64,000 nt of DNA, taken from NCBI RefSeq assembly GCF_009914755.1, contig NC_060932.1; one strand, written 5' to 3'. The position numbers and the translations under genes were made by a program. Numbering within the stretch: the first letter of the stretch is position 1; the number at the start of each line of letters is the position of its first letter. The DNA comes from the human T2T-CHM13v2.0 reference genome, Homo sapiens. The notes beneath the pieces are model-generated. The model searched no databases and had not been told where the DNA came from. It worked only from the letters and a program-made list of their open reading frames with translations. This document shows, piece after piece, positions 54,740 through 64,000 of the stretch.

Positions 54740-55648
54740 TTTCTTCTTTTTTCAAATGTTATTATATTTTTAAATTCAAGGGGTACATGTGCAGGTTTGT
54801 TACCTGAGTGTATTGCACGATGCTGAGATTTGGGGCATGAATAATCCCATCACCCAGGAACTGAGCACAGGCAATAGTTAGTTTCCCAGCCCTTGTTCCC
54901 CTTCCACCCTCCCAACTCTAGTAGTACCCACTATTTATTATTGTTGTCTTTATGCCCATAAGTACCAGTGTTCAGCTCCTACTTATAAGTGAGAACAAAC
55001 TGTGTTTTGTTTTCTGTTCTTGCTTTAATTTACTTAGGATAATGGCCTCCAGCTATAACTATGTTGCTGCAAAGGACATGATTTCATTTTTTTTATGGTT
55101 GCTCAGTGTTACATGGTGTATATGGACCATATTTTCTTTACTCAATCCACTATTGATGGGCACCTACATTGACTCCGTGTCTGTAAGCGGCTTAAACAAT
55201 TGAATGAGCAAAAAGCGAAAAGCCGCATCAAGAATTGGGTAAAAGACATGGGTAAACAGACACTTCTCAAAAGAAGAAATACACATAGCGAACAAACATA
55301 TGAAAAAATGCTCCACATCACTGTTCATCAGGGAAATGCAAGTCAAAACCACAATGAGATACCATCTCATCCCAGTCAGAATGGCTATTAATAAAATGTC
55401 AAAAAACAACAGATGCTGGCAAGGCTGTGGAGAAAAGGGAATCCTTATATACTGTTGGTGGGAATGCAATTTAGTTCAGTCACTGTGGACAGCATAAATT
55501 TGGAGATTTCTCAAAGAACTTAGAACAATCATTTGACCCAGCAAACCCATTACTGGGTATACATCCAAAAGAAAACAAACTGTTCTACCAAAAAGACACA
55601 TGCACTCGCACGTTCACTGTAGCACTATTCACAATAGCAAAGACATGG
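54740..55648 (-). mobile_element. L1 (L1PA15-16/L1PB-type) with 5' inversion
   Basis: 54740-55182 is the L1 3' end on minus; 55183-55648 is the adjacent ORF2 end on plus ([17 protein letters not shown]). Confidence 0.9.
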
Positions 55649-57432
55649 TATGAGGATACACACAGGAAACATGTGGCTTCTCCAGATGAGATTTAGGAGA
55701 AAGCCAAGAACCTCAAAGTAGGTCTAGAATTTGGGAATATGGGGCGGTGGCTGCTCAGAAACCAGATTAAGATATTTTCCTCACCGTCAGTGGCTTAAAG
55801 AAATTTATTTTGAAGTAATCAGGAAAAAGAATAGCAATGGAAATGAATACTAGATATACAAAATCGATGTATTGAAATTCTTATACTATGCAGACATGGC
55901 TTCTTAATTTCAGGATAATTACTTTATTCATTTGATTCATTTAACTCATTTTTTAAATTTATCCTGATAAGGGCATTTTCCTAATAACTACACAATAAAA
56001 ATGCTTGTTCAGCTTCAGTTGACTTTCACTTAAAAATTCCTAAAATATCTTTGATGTAGCAGAAATTTGCCATAAACTAATGGACAAACTAAACATTTTC
56101 AAAACAAACAAAAATGTCATTTCTCATTTCTGTACTAAAAACTCATTGCCTGTCCAATGATATAAAGTTTTAAAACATATTTCCAGCTTAAATAGCAGTG
56201 TAGTGAAATACATTATATCTTGACTGCATAAATTGCATCAGAGCATTAAACACAGTGAGTAAGATAGAAGAGGATAATTACCTTTGGGATTGCAACTATT
56301 TTGACACCACCTACTTCAGGCAAGAACACTGCTGTAATAGCCACATACTGTGACTATTGTTAGAAATTCTGACTGTCTGCATTTAGCAACTGGGAATGTG
56401 AAAACAAATATCATTCCAACTAAAACAATAGTCAAAGTAACCTTTTCAATTGAATTGTTGCTTGTAATAATGAAATGGTAGTCCATACCACTGAGTGTAT
56501 TTGCAGTCATTTTAACTTGTGTTTTATTCAGTGAAGCCACTTTTCACATCTTTAATAGAATAAAAAAAATCAGATGCTTTGGCAGTCTTCACAGTTCCCT
56601 GGTCTCTTTTATTTATCTTGAGGGTCATATGTATAATTGATACAAGGCAGAAGCTAGGAGAATATTACTAAGAGGACCAGAGAGTAGAGGGATCCCACTG
56701 GCCTGTGGGATTCAGGTACAGGGCTCTCTCCAGGGAAATGTTCCTTTGGACCACTGACTGCACCTGACTGGAAAACACTGGACGATTGTCAAAATTCACA
56801 GTGATATCCTTCTGTTTCCCAGCCAACCTTTCACAAAGACTTAGGTGGTGAGAATAACAGCAAACCTGGCGTAGCTTTGCTGGCACTTGATATTTTGAAA
56901 AAGTACTCAAAAGTCCTTCCTGTCATAAAACACTGGATGGAGGAAAGCTAGGAAAAGTCCAGCTTTAATTTCATGAATTTGCACTTGCAAAAACACATAT
57001 CTTCACCAAAATTAAGAAGACTTGAGAATTTGGCTCTAAGCAAAATTCCACTCCTGGGATTGAATGCAGATTTCTGCTGTGGGCAAAACCTCACTATTAT
57101 TTCTAGACAATGGGGCTTTCTGTAGTGAAAATGGTGGCGCGCTCTGCACATAGAATGGCCACAAGCCAGTTCCCAGTTTTCTCCAGTGGATTTGCCAGAT
57201 TGGAGAAAGGAGAGAATATTTTCATACAGACTGGTAAGGTCTGATGAAACTTGGGGGAAATTAAGCCAGTTAACTTATTTTTTTAAAAGTGAATGATGGT
57301 CTGAAAGCTCAGAGAAAATATATTAAATTGCTTCCAAAGGGCACAGTAGAGACAGCTTCTCCTTAAAATCTGGAAGGGAGCTGTCCTCAAGGAAGTTCTG
57401 CATTTGTTTAATGCCCTCAGTGTGATGTTGAT

Positions 57433-57575
57433 CGGTGCTTCTCTAAATTTATTGCTCTATGAATCACACGAGGGTCTTGTTTGAATGCATATTCTAATTC
57501 AGAAGGTTTGGAGTGACACTTGAGATTTCACATTTTAACAAGCACTCCACAATGTTGACACTTTGAATAGTAAGG
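57433..57575. mobile_element. MER5-type hAT MITE
   Basis: gaatcacacgagggtcttgtttgaatgcatattctaattcagaaggtttggag...gagatttcacattttaacaagc. Confidence 0.7.
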
Positions 57576-57819
57576 ACTTGGATGACCATATGATAATTCA
57601 CCTAAGCAATTGGTTCACAAATGCCCAATACTGTACATTTATTTGGTTAAAGAGTACAAGTGATTACAGAATAATGTAACTGCAATCATATCATTATAAA
57701 TATTTCCTTTGTTAAATTCTCTTTAAACTACTCATGTTGAGTGTGCCAATTTTTTTCTTATAGTGTTTTTTTGTTTTGTGGTTCTGCTTTATTTTTATTT
57801 TTCGCCATATGTTCATTTC

Positions 57820-58245
57820 CTCAGCCTCCTTTTCAGCTAGGAGTGGTTAGGTGATCTGATCCGCCCCCCCAGTGAAACATAAGTGGACATCAACTACAAA
57901 GTTTTGGGAATGGCTTTACTCCCTGATAAAACACACAGTAGCTTGGGGATAGTAGTTTATCTCTTTTTCTGCCTTCCTAATTTAGATGTTTGGGGTAAGT
58001 GTGGTGCATGGAGTGACCAATCTGTGAGCATGAACCATCAGCCTGAGGATAAGAGCCAGCACACAAAGGAAGGTGAAGGGGGAAAGGATGCCAAGGCCCT
58101 GGACTTTATCAGCATTATTGAACCACAGTACCAACTTATACCGACTGCATTTAGACTTCTTGTTATGAGTGCAATGTGTGCACTTAAGGGTTAAACTTCT
58201 TTAATCAGGTTTTCTTTGACTGTAACCAAATCAATCCTAACTGAT
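57820..58245 (+). mobile_element. LTR33-like ERVL LTR
   Basis: ctccctgataaaa, gaggataagagccagcacac, tagacttcttgttatgag, atcctaactgat end. Confidence 0.55.
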
Positions 58246-59234
58246 GAGGCAATCTATGATTACTGCAAATTTGATCTTGCCACTTTTATGCCTAACATAT
58301 GCCAATGGTTCTTCATCATCTGCAGAATAACCTCCTAGCATGACATGCAACATCCTCTATGATTCTATCCTTGACGGGCAGCTTCTGCACTTCAGTACAT
58401 GTTGCTTTACGTGCTATACTGCTAATTCCAGTCTCCTGTAGTTTCTCACACAAAGCATGGCATTTCTCGCCTCTGTCTTATAATGAGTGCTCTCGCAGCA
58501 ACATGTCTTCTACCACGAACATCTTTCCTTCTTCTTTCTTTAGCTATGTCTTACTCTTATTCAAGAATATAACGGAAACAATAAGCCAAATATATTTTTT
58601 TAGTTACTGAGCACAGAAGCCTATTCTGGATTAATCAAGAAGCGGGATTAATGAAACAAATTTAGGGCAGGTAACAGAAATCTGTAAGACTAGGCTTAGA
58701 AAACTAGCAGGAAGAAGAAAAACTGACATCCAGAAACAGAACAAAACTCAAGTGAAAAATGAGTCCGGTGAGCCCTGCTGCAGCTTTTCTGAAGAACAGA
58801 CACCTCAGCTTACACCACAGTCAGCTATGGACAATGGAAACCAATGCAGCTGTTCCCTCCTCTGTGTTGGCTTTTATCCTCAGCCTTCTCTAACACCAGC
58901 AAAAAGACCCCATGGTCACTGCTTCTTTGCCTCACAAACTCTCAGTTCCAAATACAGAGGAGGTGCATCTCATTGGCGGAGCATAGATTAAGTGCTGATT
59001 CCTTAACTAGAGGAAGCTGAGAAAGTATCTGGGGTTTAGACTTACTTTGGAGGAAGGACCCAAATTAAGAGCTATTTATCAAGAAATTCATGTAATTTAA
59101 GAAGAGGGTTCAGATCTTAGATTACCAAAAAGCAGTCTATGTATTTAGTAAAGTTTCAGTAAAATGTGCTAACTGCAACTGTGGATGCATAAATGGGTTC
59201 AACTGGAATATGGAATAAGTAGCTACATGTAGCC

Positions 59235-59544
59235 CAGCACTGTACTCTAGAAATGTGTAATGAGCAATACATGTAATTTTCTTTGTTCTAGTAGCTACAT
59301 TTCAAACGTACACAGGAATAGATAAAATTAATTGTACATTAACATAGTATGTTTAAAATACTATAATTTCAACATTTAATCAGTATAAAATTACTAATAA
59401 TATTTTAAAACTATTTTTCAATTTAAAATGTTTGGAATTCAGTGGGCACTTTACACTTACAGCACATCTCAATATGGCTATTAGCCACATTTCAAGTGCT
59501 CAGTAGGCACATGTGGCTAGTCCCTATCACATTGGATAGTGCAG
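59235..59544. mobile_element. MER33 hAT-Charlie DNA transposon
   Basis: cagcactgt...ttctagtagctacatt...ttacacttacagcacatctcaat...tagccacatttcaagtgctcagtaggcacatgtggctagt...ttggatagtgcag. Confidence 0.85.
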
Positions 59545-60149
59545 ATCTAGACAAACGTAGCAATTACTAGGGGAGCAGTGACGTGGATCATATGCCAGTA
59601 TGTAACTGTGAATCTTTTCTATTTGGTTTTAGAATGCCCAGCACCCATTGCTAATTACTATTTTTTTTTCTGTCCTGGATTGTAGCGTTTTCATTTAAAT
59701 TGTTGTTTCAGAGCTTATGTGGCAATTGATCAATGTGGCCAGAATTCAACTTTTAAGTTTTGATGGCGTTTGCATTTAGGCCGAGGCCATGGGAGTGGAT
59801 GAGATCTACTAATAAGAGAGTGTACAGGCACAAAATAAGGTTGATGATAAGTCCCTAGAGAACAATATTAAAGATTAGAGAAGAAGCTGACTAAGTGTTC
59901 AAAATGGTAAAAGAACTGAAAAAAAAAATAGGTTTTCAGAAGCCAAGAGTCTCAATTGCGAAATTATTTTCTTCTTGGAAAGATGACTGAATTTAGAGTC
60001 ATTTCCCAATTTATGTACATTGGTTCCACTGAAAATTAACTGATTTTTTTAAAAATGAAACTTTAATTAGGCACTTTATAATGACAAGAAATTCTTCTAT
60101 TTGTTCCTGGTCAGTTCCCATTACCATTTCACACAGAATCTCTTTTGAA

Positions 60150-61090
60150 TTTTTATCACTTTCCTTTAGCCTCCTACCTACTCTTTCTCTCCAGCTCCAT
60201 CAGTAGCTGACTTTACCTCCTACTTCAAAGAAAAGATAGAAGCCTTCGGGCTGAAACTCTCTCCTTCCTCAACTTCTTCCCACACATAAATTATTTCAAT
60301 CCATAGTTTATCCTTTCTTTGTTTGAGTTTGGAAGTGCCTAATAACTAATATCACTATTCTCCCCAGTGCCCCAACCCTACCAGAGGTTAGAGCGAATTG
60401 AAAGAGATACAGAAATCAGGCATAGCGCAAAAATCATTTCAATTAATGATTAAACTGTTACAGAATGTAGCCTAGGGCTGTGGCCAGTTGGGCTTGAGGT
60501 TGCCATCTCATTATCACATTTTCTTTTTCATTTATACTCAAGTTTCTAGAAACAAGCTCTACTTGCTCAACCCCTACACACTTCTATATACAAGACGATG
60601 TGACTTCTGGTCCAATTATTCCAGTGACACTATTCTTACAGATGTTCCTAATTCCCTCGATGGTTACTCAACCCCAGGGAGACTTGCAATCCTTATCATC
60701 TTACTTGGCCATCGAAGGTTTTGCACTATTGGCCCCTCCTTCCTTTGTGCATTCCCTTCTGTTTTTTTCTTCAAACTCTTGGCTTCTGAGAAGCCCAAGG
60801 AGGCTGAGAAAGCTTCCCCTTTCTCCAGCTATGGGCTCCTTGATTCTTCTTTCTCTAGCTATGCTCTAAATATTTGCATTTCTTGGGGATTCATCTTCTG
60901 CTGTCTTCTGTTTTATTCACTTCTTTCTCTACATACTCTCTGGGTCATCCCATCCAATCCTGAGATTTCAATTGCTATTTACCCATTAGTTCTTCTCTCG
61001 GCCTTCAATACTGCCTGTTCCAGATACATTTTTCAGAGTGACCTTTCTGTAAGCCAGTTTTGATTATGATTAAAACTTTTCTTTGGCTCC
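60150..61090 (+). mobile_element. L2 LINE fragments
   Basis: gactttacctcctacttcaaagaaaagatagaagcc, ccttatcatcttacttggcc...ttgcactattggcccctcc. Confidence 0.55.
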
Positions 61091-64000
61091 TGCTAAAAAC
61101 ACTTGTATCTGACTCCTCATGTTCTCTTGCAGTAGAACGTAACCACTATAACACTTCTGGCTAATTTCTACTCCTTTTCTCACTTATTGCTAAGAGAGGA
61201 GGAGTGATTCATTAATCTCTGCCGAATTCTGACTCTTGAAAGTGTCAGTATCAGAATCTTCCGAATTCTCATCTGACTTAGGAAAGGTTGCATCCTGATC
61301 TGCTGCCAGATGGTAAGGCACTCCCTCTGTGGGAGAGTTTGCAGTTGTGGAGAACATTTAATTTAGGAGGATGTTAGCAGACCACAAACCTAAGTCACCT
61401 TCTGCAGGCTAGCTTTGGTTCATAATAAAAATAACAATTACATTGCTACTTTTCTGACTGCTGAATCTTGATGGGTTAAGGACCTTGATAGGAAAGCCAC
61501 ACCCCTGTTTATGGGCAAAAACAACAACAAAAAGTGAGAGAACATTGAAGGAAATTCTTATCTCTCATTACTCGGGATTTTAAATTGAGAAACTTCTTTT
61601 ACACATTACTTCTGATCTTTCTCCATATCCTTATTCTCCAGTGAAGGAACATTAATTCATTTATCTGTTAAGTGAGATTGATAAGACAGGCTGGACTCAC
61701 ATGGCATTGCTCATTGTGGGTCTTTCCAGATCCAGCCATCTGCAGAGAAGGAAACTTCTGGCCTGCCGATCTTATGCAGGAAGAAGCCTATCCCAGTAGA
61801 AGGTGATGGTAACTTGGAGTGTTATGTTTTCTACAATAGAGTGTTAGCAAATCCACTTAACCACACAAATAACATTTTCATAGTGTTTCTTAATAATAAA
61901 ACTGATATTTTGAAATCCAGCTGATCCCCATATATTTCTACTAATTGATTCCAAACTCAACTGGGAAAGAAATGTTGTTATTTGATTACTTAGATCCTTT
62001 TAAATACCTGAAATTTCCCATACATTTATGTTTTTCACTTAAAGTATGAGGCCACTCCACTCCCTACTCTATGATCCATGGCATAGACCAACATATAATT
62101 CCACAAACATTTACTAAGCACCTACTAATTTACCACTGCGCCTGAATCTCTAAAGATACAAAATGAAGATGTGAGTCATGTCTTCTAGGAATTCACGGTT
62201 CAGCAGTATAAGTTTATATTTCCAATTATAGTTTTTGGGTAAAGTCTCACAATGCATTTCTTTACAAGACTAAAATTACAAAAGAGAGCTCATCAAAAAA
62301 GGGAACTTATTTAATTATGATCATTGCATTGACAGCTAACTTGATATGGATGGGAAGACAAGCACTGAGGCACACTGCAGTTATATGGCCAAGAAGAGGG
62401 TTACGAATAGAGAGAACAAGAATGGGATGTCTTTAGTAGAGCAGGTCATAATCTAGTTAACATCAGAAATGAGATGATAAAAACGCACGGCGCCTTGCAA
62501 GTGAGTGCCAGTGGAACATGTATAGACGTGCATATTCAGCATGGGCTCAAAACATAATCAAAAGAATCATAGCAATCTGTGCTCCTCTTATAGACTGACA
62601 AGATGAGACTCTACTGATTATTTTAGCCATGGTTCAGGCAATTTGATAAGCCATAGAAAAACATGCATCTTCAATCTGCACAGAAAAAAGTCATAGGTAA
62701 GAATACAGAAATTACTGTACAAAACAAGTTCTGCTAACTTAACCTAAAATTTCATCCCATTGTTAAAACTCAGCCTCAAATAAAATGGTGCTTATAAGAT
62801 CTAAGAGACCTGGGCCCTCAAGTTGTTCACTTAAAAGCAGTGTGAAATAGTTGGTATGACATGACTCAGACCAATCTTCGGGATTGAAAACCAAACATTT
62901 TAAAGAACGTTGGTAGAACTCATGAAGCACACACAAAGATTATTATGTTAATTTAGATAGAATTAATTTTTAAAATTCTCTTTGTACCTCATTTTCAAAA
63001 ATTCTAATTTCACTCATGTAAAAAGAAAATAACCCAAACAGGTGATATTATTTTTTTCTATGTTTTAAATTTTAAAAGTCCCATCTGTCACTAATTACAC
63101 ATTTATTTCATTATGAAGCACTATGACTATAATTACTTGAGGTTTTTTGTTGACCATTTAGAGTTTAAAGTAAATACTAATTGTTTTGTTATAACTGTGT
63201 ATTAAATTAAACAATTCACTGCTAGACTTTTCTAGGCTTCAAATAATTTTTATTAGAACCACATAAGAAAGCAATTATGCAATTAATGACACCGCCAATC
63301 TTATAAGTCCATCTTATAAACTTTGAAGACTTTTTTTCCTCTTCATTTCTTCTATTTTAAAAGCAGAGATAGCTACTTCATGTGCACATTCCAGCATTTT
63401 ATAATGATGTATGTGGCCTGCCCAGCCAGCTGGGCTGCTCAGTCACTCTATCAAAGCAGCAATGACGCCAAGCAATTAACTAACTCTCACAACTATCATG
63501 ACCTTGAGTTGAAGAGAATGTATCTATCTAGATAATTGTGGTCATTTCTACTTTAAGTTATTTCCTTTAGAAATAAAATATCTTCCAAACTTAAACCAGA
63601 AGTTGCTGTGAATTCCATTTGGCACTTGTGCTAATAATAATATTTTCTGGGATAATAACAACAGGTTTGGATTTAATTAAATATGTTGCTCACTGAAGCA
63701 TCTGTTTTAAACATTAATGAATGGGAGCTCCTATGGGATATCCAAATGGATGTGTTTTCACTCTGTAACACTATCCTGAAGTGTGTTTTGGAATTTTCAA
63801 ATAATTAGCTGGTCTTTGTTTTGAGAGTCTTATTCAGGATAAAAAAGCAATCCTATTCTCAAATCATATTGATAGATGGAACCCAGTTACGAAGAGACAA
63901 TCAATCATAAAAGCAGTCTTTGTGAAGCTATTATGCAATCCACAGTATTAAGGTCAAGTTTTTCTTCATGTTCACACATAACTCCCATTATCATTCATGA

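Noticed and set aside
60488-61063. Longest ORF (191 aa)
   Set aside because: Non-ATG start, lies in pyrimidine-rich L2 relic, no recognisable domain.

Overview
AT-rich, CpG-poor human genomic DNA (a near-consensus AluYg6, a human-specific subfamily, points to human) with a large share of interspersed repeats. These include 10 Alus, several L1s (one near-full-length ancient L1MC-type copy), L2/MIR relics, MaLR/ERVL solo LTRs, hAT/mariner MITEs, a 5S rRNA pseudogene and microsatellites. I recognise no protein-coding gene, CpG island, CRISPR array or prokaryotic feature; the supplied ORFs are repeat-derived or short chance ORFs. I cannot support a new biological system. The most unusual signal is a ~61-bp segment copied from an LTR 2.1 kb away and inserted between a 26-bp direct duplication (a templated-insertion repair scar). 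Also notable: a very young AluYg6 nested in THE1 nested in L1, a tailless 5S retrocopy nested in L1MA nested in L2, a twin-priming-type inverted L1, an L1MC 5' tip fused to its ORF2 3' end, a compound AT-rich VNTR, and weak candidate lncRNA splice sites and RFX/CRE motifs. Subfamily names come from recalled consensus sequences and boundaries of old repeats are approximate; no database search was run.
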